Shown here piece after piece: positions 11,338-22,774 of a DNA stretch of 64,000 bases; position 1 is the first letter of the stretch; each line of letters begins with the position of its first letter. The notes under the pieces are model-generated. The model saw only the letters and a program-made list of their open reading frames with translations, ran no database searches and was not told where the DNA came from. The stretch is from Babesia bigemina (Eukaryota), in NCBI RefSeq assembly GCF_000981445.1, contig NC_027217.1, positions 868,001-932,000 of the forward strand, in the 5' to 3' direction. A program made the position numbers and the translations under genes.

Positions 11338-12600
11338 TTAACCTGTATGTTGGTAATTGCATTGTGGGTTATTGCAATTTCTGTTAAACTTGCATGGCAC
11401 CGGCGGGTGCGTGAATGCGCAGTTGGGTCCGAAAGTGCACTTGGGCCAGTTTTTGCACAGCGGCGCTGCCGGGTGGATGTAGCGGCAGCTGTCGCCGAAG
11501 GGGCACCTCGGGAATTTTATACATATCTTCTGCACCTTGCCGGGGCTGGCTCCCGGCGAGTAATGGTAGTCATCGGGTGGCGCCCCTCGCATGCTGGGGC
11601 TCCTGACGTAGCCGTTCGGGTGGTCATACGGCGGCGATAAAGGCGACCCACGTGAGCAGGAATCCCCCTCCGCGGGCGAGAACTTGCTGCTGCGCGTCAG
11701 GACGCCGAGCGGCGCGCCCGCGCGCCCGTGCAGCCTGTCCATCCTCTGTTTCATAATCAGGTTGTCCAGCGTCTCGTCCAGAGGGTCATGGACTCTCGGC
11801 TCTGGGGATGACATATGCGTCGGGCTGCGGAAGCTGCCGCTCCTAGACACCATGCTGGGCGCATGGACAGTGCCGCCGCGGCTGCTGCCACTGCTGGGCC
11901 CAAAGCTGTCGGTACGCGGGCCGTATCCGTACGAGCCGTGCCCATGCCGACTGCCAGCTGGTCCCATCGGCGGCACGTCGCGGCGCACGTTAGATAACCC
12001 GCCAACCATCCTCGGTTCCGGGCGATCAGCATCCATACGGGGCGGCACTGCACGACGATGAGAATGTAGGGACACCAATGCTCACCCGTTCTGCCGCCGA
12101 CATTCGAGGACGGCGGGTTGATATCGTTGAAGTAACTGTCGTCCGAGGCGCCCGATCCGATAGAAACGGTGGGTCCAAGATAGGCCGTAGTCTCCGGTCG
12201 GTCGCTTTCCCGATGCACGCCGGCCGACGAGAACGGGCGTGTCGACCTCATAGCGCTCTTTGGGAAGCCGGCCGCTGCGTCCGTGGTGGAGTCCGTCGTC
12301 TGGAAGTGGTGAATCGCCTGAGCGACGAAGTCCAACACCCAATCCGCAAAGTCGCCAGCCTGCTCCGTGTCACAACGCATCTATTAAACCTACATATTGA
12401 CCCAGGTGAGGTCCGAATCGCTGCGCCAATCTGTCCCTGTCCTCGACTCCATGCAGGAGTGTCTGCCACGTGAAGTCGGCTGTCTTGCGCACCTCCTCGG
12501 GGTTCGATATACACAGCTGCAGCTTTGTCTGGAACTCGCGGTGAATCTTTTGTTGCCAGTCGGTCGGCAGCCGCTGCAACATCAACCCGTCCAGCCTCAT
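11338..12600 (-). CDS. NAB2: NAB2/ZC3H14-like polyadenosine RNA-binding protein (PWI-like N-terminus, three C-terminal CCCH fingers); introns 12360-12393 and about 12048-12085
   Basis: CIKFPRCPFGDSCRYIHP / CKNWPKCTFGPNCAFTHP / CKFNRNCNNPQCNYQH are Nab2-type fingers. The spliced N-terminus RFGPHLGQY|AGDFADWV is PWI-like. Confidence 0.8.
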
Positions 12601-13674
12601 GGTTGCGATAGGGCGGGAACGCTGGAATGTAGCGCCCGGACGATGCAGTATCTCGCTGGTAAATTTAAAAGCCGTACGCTGCCCCTGAGGCTCCAATCCA
12701 CAACCTCATAGGACAGAGCGCGTTCTCCGCATAATGCGCGCCCGGAATGTTACTCGTGTTATCTGTGTGATGCCGCTACGCGTATCGCATACTTCGCAAT
12801 ACAGGCTCAACTAAATGTTAGCTTTCGCGCGACGCTCGCATGACGTGGTGAGCGATCGCCTCGGCCGGCCTACACACCCGCCACACGGGTGCCTACAGGA
12901 GATGGATGCTGTTGGGCTCGGCAATCTGCCAGTTACTACGCCTCGCCGTCAATTTGCCATCATTTGGCGTTTTAGCAGGCGTATGCGTTAAGGCGCCCAC
13001 GTGAATCAGAACTGGTATTGTAAGCAACATCCTACGCGGAGGGGGCAACTCTCCTGGCGATGCGTATTTGGACATTACGCAAATTAGCGGCACGTTAATT
13101 CCCTTTAGCGCAGTTTAAATCGCACACAACTAGTCGGCGGTGGCGTTTGAGGGGCTTCAGGCACTGCCCATACTTGAGCGGTACACACTAGTTAGTGTTT
13201 GGCTACTCTTCACACACTGGGCTCGCTAGTTTTAGCAGAGTTTTTCCTCGGCTGTACAGTCGGCTGGGTTCTTTTTGTCCCGTCCGTCCCCGTGAGTGGT
13301 AGACACAGAGACGGCAGACCCCATTGCACACCTCATCTCGGCCGACCAATTTAACGCCGTAGCTCTGCGTAACGGGGTTGCTCGCAACCTAATCTGTGAA
13401 ATATCTGCTTCGAGGCCTGTTGCGCCGCGCACAGCACACGGACACGGTCTGGTGTGCCTTTGGCTCGCCCCTCTCGGCGCCGTGCCGACACCGAGCGTCT
13501 ACTGGCCGAGCGGCGCGCCACACGCTCCGTAGACAGCGGCAGGGAGTAGTGCAGCAGCGTGAACGGAGTCGCGAGTGCGCCGGCATCGACGTGCAATGCG
13601 CAGGGAGATGCTTTGCGCTGCGTTGTGGTAGCCGGGGTAGCGCTTCATTTCCGGACATTCTGTGGCGTGACAGC

Positions 13675-15874
13675 ATGTCGCAGCCGTCGTCAGAAGATTG
13701 CAAACGGCGCAAGAAAGATAGCTCTGCCGCCACCATGGAGCCTGGGCAGTGTGGTACGCCCGCGTCCGGCGGCGAGCCCGACGCGATGAACACCGCGGAG
13801 GAGTTTTTCCCGCAGTTCGATCGCAGCGTGGAACGTGACCTGCTGCTCCTGGGCAAGTCTTACGACGTCGCCGCCAGGGAGGGGCACCGTTACCACATCA
13901 ACAGCCTGGTAGGTGCCGAATTCGCAGCCGCCTCACGTCATGCAGGCCGAGTACCAGGAGATGTATCGCCGCAGCATGGCCGACCCCGAGGGCTTCTGGG
14001 GCGAAATGGCGCGCAGCGAGCTCCGGTGGATGCACCCGTTCCACCGCGTGTTCAGCGGCGGGTTCGAGGCGGCCGACTTCAGCTGGTTCCTGGGCGGCAA
14101 GCTGAACGCGTGCGACAACTGCGTCGACCGCTGGGCGGAGGAGCGCCCCAACGTCGCCGCCATCATTTTCGAGGGCGACGACCCGAAGGATAACCGGACG
14201 GTGACCTTCTACGAGCTCAGGCAGAATGTCTGCAGGGTGGCCAACGTGCTGAAGCGGCACGGCGTGAGGAAGGGCGACACCGTCACCCTCTACATGCCGT
14301 CCGTTCCGGAGCTGGCCTTTGCGATGCTGGCCTGCGCCCGCATTGGGGCGGTACACAATGTGGTTTTCGGCGGATTCTCGGCCGCCAGCGTCGGTGAGCG
14401 GATCAGGGACTCCAACTCCCGGATAGTGGTCACCGTCGACGAGGCCACGCGCGGCGGCAAGCGCATTCACATGAAAAACATCGTGGACGAGGCGCTGAGG
14501 GACTGCCCAGACGTGACTCGGTGCCTCGTGTACTCCAAAACCGGCGACGATGCCTATTTCGTGAAGGGTCGCGACGTCTGGCTGGACGACGCGCTCCCCA
14601 GGGAGAGGCCCTACTGCCCGCCCGAGACCATGGACAGCGAAGACACGCTGTTCATTCTGTACACGTCGGGCTCCACTGGCAAGCCCAAGGGCGTGGCCCA
14701 CACCACGGCGGGATACTTGTTGTACGCCATTGCGACGACGAAGTACATCTTCGACACGAGGCAGGGTGACATCTTCGGCTGCATGGCCGACCTGGGTTGG
14801 ATCACCGGGCACACGTACGTCGTGTACGGCCCGCTGCTGAACGGCGTCACGACGTTCCTGTTCGCGTCGCTGCCCAACTATCCCGACCCGGGCCGGTACT
14901 GGCGCATCATAGAGCAGTACCGCATCACGCAGTTCTACACGGCGCCGACGGCCATCCGCCTGCTGATGCGTTACGGGGACGAGTTCCCGGCGCGCTACGA
15001 CCTGAGTTCCGCGCGGATCCTCGGCAGCGTCGGCGAGCCCATCAACCCCGAGGCGTGGCTGTGGTACTACAACGTCGTCGGCCGCGGGCGCAGCACGGTC
15101 GTGGACACCTATTGGCAGACGGAGACGGGCGGCATCGTGATCGCGCCGATACCCGGCGCCATCCCAACCAAAGCCGGGTCGGCGACGCTGCCGTTCTTCG
15201 GCATCGAGGTCGGCCTCGTCGACGCCAAAACGGGGCGGGAGATCATCGGCAACGGCACCAGCGGCCTGCTGGTGCTGCGCAGGCCGTGGCCCGGGCTGTT
15301 CCGCACGCTCGCCGGCAACCACCAGCGTGGCCTGGATGTGTACTTCGCGAAGGTGCCGGGGTGCTACCTCACTGGGGACGCCGCCTACCGTGACGACGAC
15401 GGCTACATCTGGATCAACGGCCGTGTCGACGACACCCTCAACGTGTCGGGGCACCGCATAGGCTCCGCCGACATCGAGCACGCGCTGGTGCAGGTGGACT
15501 ACGTGGCGGAGGCTGCTGCGGTTGCCTTCCCGCACCCCATCAAGGGCCAGGCCATCTTCTGCTTCGTGACGCTCAAGGACTCCTGCACGGTGACTGCAGA
15601 GCAGATGGTGCAGGAGTTGCGTCTGTCGGTGCGCCGCCTCGTAGGACCGTTCGCCACGCCCGACATCATCACCGCGACCCCGAACATGCCGAAAACGCGC
15701 AGCGGCAAGATCATGCGCCGCATTTTGCGCAAGCTGGTCAGCAACCAAGCAGAGGACCTCGGCGACATATCCACGCTCGCCGACCCGTCAGTCGTCGAGG
15801 GGCTCGTGGGGATCTGCAGGGAAGCGCTAGACACGTACGCGGAGAGTTTGAAAGCCAGCTTGGCAAAAAATTAG
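13675..15874 (+). CDS. ACS: Acetyl-CoA synthetase (AMP-forming); one intron near 13909-13945; start codon uncertain
   Basis: Motifs YTSGSTGKPKG, GWITGHTY, VGEPINPEAW, DTYWQTETGG, GRVDD and PKTRSGKIMRR are all present. Confidence 0.97.
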
Positions 15875-15885
15875 TGCACATGGGT

Positions 15886-18642
15886 CTACTGGCTGGCGGA
15901 GGCGCGCTCCAGCAGGAGCTGCTGCCCGGCCTCGCCCAGCGCCTGCCACTTCTCTGGAGTCTGGGACAGCCTGTGGGCCAGCGCCCGCAGCGATGCCTCC
16001 AGCTCAGGGCAGCACGGCGGGAAGTCCAACGACACCCTGGCCAGCGCCAGCTGCACGTCGCCCGCGGACGCGTCGGTGCTGAGGCACGAGGCGTTCACGA
16101 CGCCGGACAGGGCGAGCGCCTTTTCGCGGTCGTTCCTGGTCTGCGAGACGAAGTCCAACCACGGCTTAATGAAGTGCGGTATTAGCGGCGCGGTGAGCTG
16201 CGGGAACGTGTTGGCGAACTTGCCCATGGACACGCAGAGGTTCTGCATGAGGATGTGTTCCTTCTCGCGGTTCACCAGCTCCACCATCTTCGTGAAGATC
16301 TCGTGGAAGTGCGGCTCCAGGCGCTGCTGGCCCAGCGGGGTTTGCGCCAGGACGCCCAGCGCCCAGCACACGTTGTTGCACACGAGCCGCGACGGGCACG
16401 ACACGTGGACGCTGAGGGATGCGATAATGGCGTCGGTGGCCACCAGCGCGCTGCAGTGCCACGCGAGGTCGCCCACCAACGCGAAGACGCTTTGCAGCAC
16501 CGAGGGGGCCGGACACTGGCAGCAGAGGACAATCATATCCACGACTCCCGCCTGCTGCCGGTCCATCCCCAGTTTCTGGGCGACCGACGGCTCCAGCGTG
16601 ACGAAGGACTGCTGCATCAGGGCGGCGGACTGCTCCTGCATGGCACCAACGACGGTGGATATGACCTCCGCGGAGCAGCCGATGACGTCCCAGCGCGGCA
16701 TCTCGGTCGCGCCGTCGGAGAGTTCGAAGTTCCTGCCGTCGTAGAGGACCTCGAACACCGCCGTCATGGCGCGGCGGACGGTGGCTTCGGCGTGCGGCGC
16801 GTACATCAGCTCCCAGCACTGCACCAGCGAGTTCACGCAGTCCATGAGCGCCAGGAACTGAGGGCAATGCGTCTCCGTGGTGCCAATGCGGTGCATGATC
16901 GGCTGCAGCAAGTACGCGCCGCACGATGACTGCGGGAGCGCCTCACCGAACACCTGTGCTAATGTACTCACTGCATCGTATAGCATCATCAGGTTGCGCG
17001 CCTGGTAACACTCGAACGCCTTGACCACGGTCTGCACGATGGGCTGGATGTAGGGCAGCAGCTGGCATCCGCCGCCCTCGATGAAGGAGGCCAACGCCGA
17101 GCACGCGGCCTCCTGCACGCGCTTGTTCCGATCCAGCACGCGGCTGAAAATCGCGTTCATCACGGGCTGCAGCCAGGGCTGCTCCGAGTCGTCGGCCGCG
17201 GGCTGGCACAACCAGTCGGCGAACCTCGACAGCGACCAGCAGGCGATGCTCCTCATCAGCGGCTTCGGGTGCTGCGTCAGGTCGATCAGGTACTGCACCA
17301 CCTTCGGCAGCAACGGCGCCATCGCATACGCCGACCCTCTCGCAATCGCGCCCAGAACCAGCACGGCGGACTCACGCACCTCCCAATCCGTGTCGTTGGC
17401 CAGGCGCTTCTCGATGAGGTCGAGCACGAACTGCAAGATTTCCTGGTCCTGCCCGAAGACCTGTGCGATATAGTCCAGCGCGAGCGCTGCACCCTTCCTG
17501 GTGGTCCAGTTGGTCCCCCACGTGGCGGACTCCTCGTCCTCGTCCGCTCCCATCTCCCCCTCGGGGCGTGGAGGCACGTCCTCCACGCGATCCGGCACGC
17601 TCGCATTATCCTCCTCGAGGTGGGACTCATCCATCGACATGTAGTCCCAGGACGTGTACCTGGTGTGTTCTATGAGCACGGGGATGAGTCGCGGCAGCAC
17701 GCTGCGCAGGGCGTTATGCAGGCGCGTCCTCACCGGCTCCTCCAGCCTGTTCTTGAGGATGTGGGCCCAGAACCCGAGCGCCTCAATCTGCACCGTGTTG
17801 TCGCTCACATCGTCGCTGCACTCTATCAGGAACGAGAAGACGGCCGCGCTAGCGTCCAGGATGGTCATGGGCTGGCGGTCCCAGGTTTCTATCATGCCCT
17901 TGATGACGCACTTGCGCACCGACGGGTCGCGGCTGTGCGCCACCGACCCCATGAGCCCCCAGAAGGTCGCGAAGTGCTCCTCGAACAGCGGCGCCGACAG
18001 GCTCTTGTGGTCCATCAGAGTGTAGAGCAGCCTGCAGGTGAAGACCAGAGCCTCCGGCATCTTTGTGCCCTGTTCCAGCACTCGTGGAAGCAGCTCCTTC
18101 GTGACAAACACAGTCAGCCGCTCGCTCCCAGCGGCGTTAGCGTACGCATTTTCGCGCATGTGCTCGTTGGCGGTCATGTCCTCCACGAGCATGAGCAGCG
18201 TCCCCGCCGCGGTGTCCCTAACGATGCGGTTCTGGGATTCGCTTGCGAGCTTCAGCAGCAGCGCCGGGGCCTCCGACCAGTTTTCGAAGCCCTCCACGGC
18301 GAAGAGCGCCACGAACGCGGAACCGAACACCGTCCTCACATCCGAGTCGTCGATTTGGATGCCTCGCACCAGCCCGTTCTTCAGGTGGCTCTTCACGTCC
18401 GGCTCCAGCTCCGCCCACCGCACGTTTATCGCCCTCTTGAGGCACAGCGCCGCCATTTGGCGCACGTGCAGCGCCGGCGCCGTCAGTGCGGCCTCGAGGA
18501 AGTAGAGCACACTGTAGCGCTGCGTGGACTCGAAGTGTGTGATGAAGTCTGCCACATCCTTCTGTGTTTGCGTGTCTGGCCGGTCAGATTTCTCCAGCGC
18601 CGCGATGAGCTGCGCGTAGGCAGCATCGCCTGCGAACGACAT
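15886..18642 (-). CDS. TNPO1: Transportin-1 / karyopherin beta-2 (Kap104)
   Basis: 918-aa HEAT-repeat ORF with an acidic H8 loop followed by WTTRKGAALALD, then RESAVLVLGAIA, RSIACWSLSR, LDRNKRVQEAACSA and YQARNLMMLYDA. Confidence 0.95.
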   Translation of the reverse strand: MSFAGDAAYAQLIAALEKSDRPDTQTQKDVADFITHFESTQRYSVLYFLEAALTAPALHVRQMAALCLKRAINVRWAELEPDVKSHLKNGLVRGIQIDDSDVRTVFGSAFVALFAVEGFENWSEAPALLLKLASESQNRIVRDTAAGTLLMLVEDMTANEHMRENAYANAAGSERLTVFVTKELLPRVLEQGTKMPEALVFTCRLLYTLMDHKSLSAPLFEEHFATFWGLMGSVAHSRDPSVRKCVIKGMIETWDRQPMTILDASAAVFSFLIECSDDVSDNTVQIEALGFWAHILKNRLEEPVRTRLHNALRSVLPRLIPVLIEHTRYTSWDYMSMDESHLEEDNASVPDRVEDVPPRPEGEMGADEDEESATWGTNWTTRKGAALALDYIAQVFGQDQEILQFVLDLIEKRLANDTDWEVRESAVLVLGAIARGSAYAMAPLLPKVVQYLIDLTQHPKPLMRSIACWSLSRFADWLCQPAADDSEQPWLQPVMNAIFSRVLDRNKRVQEAACSALASFIEGGGCQLLPYIQPIVQTVVKAFECYQARNLMMLYDAVSTLAQVFGEALPQSSCGAYLLQPIMHRIGTTETHCPQFLALMDCVNSLVQCWELMYAPHAEATVRRAMTAVFEVLYDGRNFELSDGATEMPRWDVIGCSAEVISTVVGAMQEQSAALMQQSFVTLEPSVAQKLGMDRQQAGVVDMIVLCCQCPAPSVLQSVFALVGDLAWHCSALVATDAIIASLSVHVSCPSRLVCNNVCWALGVLAQTPLGQQRLEPHFHEIFTKMVELVNREKEHILMQNLCVSMGKFANTFPQLTAPLIPHFIKPWLDFVSQTRNDREKALALSGVVNASCLSTDASAGDVQLALARVSLDFPPCCPELEASLRALAHRLSQTPEKWQALGEAGQQLLLERASASQ

Positions 18643-19551
18643 GGTGTTTGAGCAGCCACGGGCTCCGTTCTGGCGGAATCATAGGAACCGCAGGGTCACA
18701 CGTGCGTTCCGCCTACCACGGCTCCACACCTCCGACGACATGCAAACTCCGCGTGAAATTCACAAAGGCAGACGCAACCGCGGGGTCTAGTCGAAAAATT
18801 TCATTTTGCTGGTCCGTAGAAGACGGAGCCCGTGCTATCGAATGGGGCCGGGTAGGAACAAAAAACGCCCGTATACAAAGGCCACATCGCCATACTTGTC
18901 TTCGAATTAGAACTGCTACCGTGCTGTGTGATGCTGGCGAGGTGTTGCCAGTTGTGTTTACCGTAGAAGGCTGCGCCGTGCCAACCAACCACTGCAGTAA
19001 CTAGACAGTGGATCACAACGTCACTACAAGATTCCACGTAATAATAGCATCTATACCATCCGCATTTATCGTTATAGTGCAGAGGCTGCTATTTCGCGGA
19101 TGAATAGCCTCTGCCCGCGCAGACACCCAGCCTGAGCAGCTGGTGCCTAATGCGGCATCCACGGCGGAACCAAATAAATACGATGGGCACGTCGTCAGAG
19201 GACGCCTGTACACACCCAACGATCACAGTAATATCGGTAATAGGGGGAGATAGACGTAACTGGGGAGCCGTGTGGCGCTGGATCATTGGCGTGCAGAAAT
19301 AAACGTCTCGCCCGCAGTAACAACCATTAATAACACGCCAAAACACGACGTATACAGGGGATCTAGAAGGTAGACAGCGATAGAAGTGTTTAGGCTTGCT
19401 CGGATTCAACGGAGAAGGCGATTCGCGCGTGGTGGCACATCTGATGATAAAGCTGCGCAAGCTGGCTTATTTCTAGCTCCGGAGTTGTTTCAAGCACCGG
19501 TAACATGCAACTGGTGATATTCCGGTATCATAGATCTTGACTACGGGAAGG

Positions 19552-19977
19552 ATGGCAAGTACGGTCAAGCAGCCTGTCGCGGTTCGCGTCACGCCCATCG
19601 AGAATGTGTCCCACCTATACAAGGATGCCACCGCTCCGCAGTTCGTAGCGAACGATACCGACTTTCAAATCGAGTTTGCGGACCTCGAGGGCAGAACCGT
19701 GCTACAGGAACCTTCGCGCAAGGTGGTTATGTGTTACGTAGACCGGACAACCACGGCGCCGCCACCCGCACCGCCGCAGCCGACGCCGAGCGTTAATGTC
19801 ACATTGCAGCAGCCGCAAGCTCCGCCTCAGCTGGTGGTACAGCCTGCGGCGATTACCATCGCGTCTGTTCAACGAACTTCGCGACGTTGCGTCACGTTGT
19901 TGCTGTCCATCTTTATGATTCTGTTCGTCTGTGCTGCGATTGCGTTTGCGGCTCGCAGCAAGCTCATGAAAGACTGA
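19552..19977 (+). CDS. Hypothetical small Pro/Gln-rich protein with a C-terminal transmembrane helix (tail-anchored-like)
   Basis: ORF from ATG 19552. Hydrophobic stretch CVTLLLSIFMILFVCAAIAFAA is followed by a short tail, RSKLMKD. Confidence 0.65.
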   Translation: MASTVKQPVAVRVTPIENVSHLYKDATAPQFVANDTDFQIEFADLEGRTVLQEPSRKVVMCYVDRTTTAPPPAPPQPTPSVNVTLQQPQAPPQLVVQPAAITIASVQRTSRRCVTLLLSIFMILFVCAAIAFAARSKLMKD

Positions 19978-20258
19978 TTTCAACTCGAGTGTGTTGACGT
20001 GATTGCACACTCCATGTCGGTGCTGGATTCTACGCGAGCGAAGGGAGCACGCGTGTCTAGCATCTCCGCAAGCGGCCAAGAAAGGTGTAGGTGTGTGACA
20101 CGTACACCGAAAGCGCTGGACTGCCGCACAAGCCAGTCTGTTCCCCTACGGGGCAACACCACAATCTGAGTCGTGTCACACAACATAATCACTTTAAATC
20201 TAGGGTGTACATTCGCCGATCAATTTGCTAAACGAAATCTCATTGCCAAACAGCGAAA

Positions 20259-20680
20259 ATGGTGAAGCAGGTGGCTTCCGTTGACGGTATGTGTGTTGTC
20301 TCGTTGCGTCAAGTGTGCCGCAGAATTCCAGACAGTGATTGCCAGCCCCGGCCTCGTCGTCGTGGACTTCTTCGCCACATGGTGTGGTAAGTACAGATTA
20401 TTCGACCCGTAAACCAGCGGCAGGGCCCTGCATGAGCTTCGCCCCCAAATTCGAGGCCATGTCCAAGGACTACCCCTCGGCAAACTTCATCAAGGTTGAC
20501 ATCACCGATGTCCCCGAGCTCCAGACGAAGTACGCCATCACCAGCATCCCCGCGTTCAAGCTCTTCAAGAACGGCGAGGTCGTCGGTGAGGTTGTTGGCG
20601 CGAGCGGCATCAACCTGAAGTGAGTTTCGCCGCCTGCGACCTAAAATTTCTGCAGGAATGCCATCGAAAAGAACCTTTAA
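20259..20680 (+). CDS. TRX1: Thioredoxin (4 exons; WCGPC active site split by an intron)
   Basis: Spliced product MVKQVASVDEFQTVIASPGLVVVDFFATWCGPCMSFAPKF..SIPAFKLFKNG..NAIEKNL. Confidence 0.95.
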
Positions 20681-21173
20681 ACACGTCCGGCCTGAAGGCA
20701 GTGAACTGAGCAAGCTATATGACAAACGCTCGGTTCACAGTATAACGGCTTTTTGTTAATTTTAGCGTATCTGCAACAGCTTGGGTGTATGTGTGGACAC
20801 ATGAAAATACAGAATGGCGCGATGTCGCTGCCATGTCCATTGCCTCAGGAAATGTAGACTTGTGAGCAGCTTAGATGTCTCCCTGTCTAGGATGCGTCGG
20901 CTTTCCTGATTCATGCCGATGCGATGGTCGTGTGCTGCGGTGTCGGCTGCCGCCCATTACATAGTTTACGCTGCTGCATCCGAAACTATTAAAGTGGTCA
21001 TATACGATGTTGCAGCGATTATTGAGTGTCATTTGGGAAGGAGGAGCCTGTTGGCTGCGGCAACACTGCCAATTCGTGGAGTGTCGATTACTGGTGCTGC
21101 GGTAGTCACGCTGGATCCGGCCACATTGCCGGTATGACGGCAAGTGTGATCGCACTTTTGCAAAGCGGCAGCT

Positions 21174-21933
21174 TTACGCATCTAGCTGCAGTTGACGCTG
21201 TATGAGATCTTCCGCTGCTGACATTGCAATGCCGGTGATTGATAAGACCTTGTCTCTAGACTTGTGGCCGGATGTCAACGACACGTCTCGTTTCTTTAGC
21301 TTCACTGCAGCGAATGCTAGCGGTCAGCTGCGCGCAACTTACGAATGTCGCCAATAAATTCCACGAGCGCCTCGTTGCACTCCCCCTCCCTCGGTGGCGC
21401 TGCGACCTGCACCCCGAGCGGGTCCTCGAAATCTGCATATACAGTAACGCAACTCCATTAGAGGTGTAACGACAGCGATTGTACACTTAGAACGGTACAA
21501 GAAGTGGGATTTGCATTTTACGAGTACATGAAATGGGATTGGCAGTTTTACGGGTACATGAAATGGGATTGGCATTTTACGGGTACATGAACAAGCATAA
21601 TGCAACCACTCTGGCGGCGCAGCACGGGAGTCATCGAAGTTGTATTCACGAAAATGACGGCGCCCAGCATGATAAAAGCCATCGTATGGTTCGACACAAT
21701 ACACACGTGTAACCTAATGCTACTTACTACCGACGAGCTGGGTGAACTTTGCCCCGGGCTTCACCCGCACCTTCAGAAGCAGGCTGCCATTCTGCCCCGC
21801 GGCTAGCGGCGACGGACTCTGCAACACGATATCACAACTGATATAGCGCATGGTTACGCAATTAGGCAGTTCGCAGCGCGGCTCCTACCTGATCAGAGTC
21901 CGGCGGTGGCGCAACGGTTTTCCTCGCACCCAT
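21174..21933 (-). CDS. UPF0235/DUF167 (YggU / C15orf40-like) protein, 4 exons; not visible in the ORF track
   Basis: Hand-spliced: [98 protein letters not shown]. Matches the family motifs VKPGAK, AAPP.EG.AN and G.KSR.K. Confidence 0.9.
21493..21591. repeat. Minisatellite, about 3.5 copies of a 28-30 bp unit (cgggtacatgaaatgggattggca(g)tttta), inside the 295-nt intron of the DUF167 gene
   Basis: Units start at 21493 (degenerate), 21521, 21551 and 21580 (partial); direct tandem copies with no spacers. Confidence 0.9.
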
Positions 21934-22774
21934 CAGACACGCTTGTCTCGGCAGTCCGGCAATGGCAACAGCGTTCCAAGCAATCCAGGCAGCGCGTCGC
22001 AAAACTATCATCTAGCGTTGCAGCGGCGACGCCTACTACGCGCTACCAAGACGCTGTACGACCAATCTTGATTACCAGAAGTTTATGTATTCAGATGTGC
22101 GATATGGCGTAGCAACCTGGTCAGTGGGTCGTTTGATGGCACAGTCGCACAGCTTGTTAGTTTGGGATTAAAGACAGCTGAGGTGATGCCCCTTTAACGC
22201 AATAGCGCCATTGAATGCCGTCAGGAGAACTGAAAAATGAACTTCGTAATACATGGCCGGGTACAGACGCCGTTGTCGGAACAACCAAATGACGGTTATA
22301 TCTGATTAATCCTATATTATCACGCGAGGATAACGAATTGGCTTTTGGCGCCCACGAGGTCCGTCGTAGCGCGCTGAAACCGTTGGAAGGCTGCTGTGGT
22401 ACATCACCTCCCAAGCAGCGTAATGAGGGCGTGATAATCTACACATTGACATAAATAACAGCACAACGCTAAGCGTATTTATGCCTGTAATTCCCGTGCC
22501 GCTCTCGTGTCACAGTTCACGCTGTGCTACAAGCTAACGCTCCGCAACGCTTCGCCAGCTCATGGAGGTGTGGCCTACACATTTCCCTTGCGTACCCGGC
22601 CGTTACCTCTGACGTTAGCGTGGTGGTGTGGCACATTTATGCAACGACGTGATGGCAGTATAGTCACGCGAAGGCACTCCTTAACAATGCTCTCTTCCCG
22701 TGACTGTTGGCCGTTGTAGAGTTCGGCGACGCAGCACGCCAATCACGTGATTTGGTTCCAGCCGTGCCAGCCAG

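Noticed and set aside
13396..13674. Open frame upstream of acetyl-CoA synthetase as a possible targeting extension
   Set aside because: It begins at a non-ATG codon and reads like GC-rich 5' UTR; no support without transcript data.
21493..21591. Repeats of about 30 bp, superficially CRISPR-sized
   Set aside because: Units are directly adjacent with no unique spacers, lie in a spliceosomal intron of a eukaryote, and have no cas genes nearby.
21339..21704. Minus ORF containing [23 protein letters not shown], reminiscent of complex I subunit NDUFA12
   Set aside because: It has no ATG start, lies largely inside the DUF167 intron and runs through the minisatellite; apicomplexans lack complex I. 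Treated as chance similarity.
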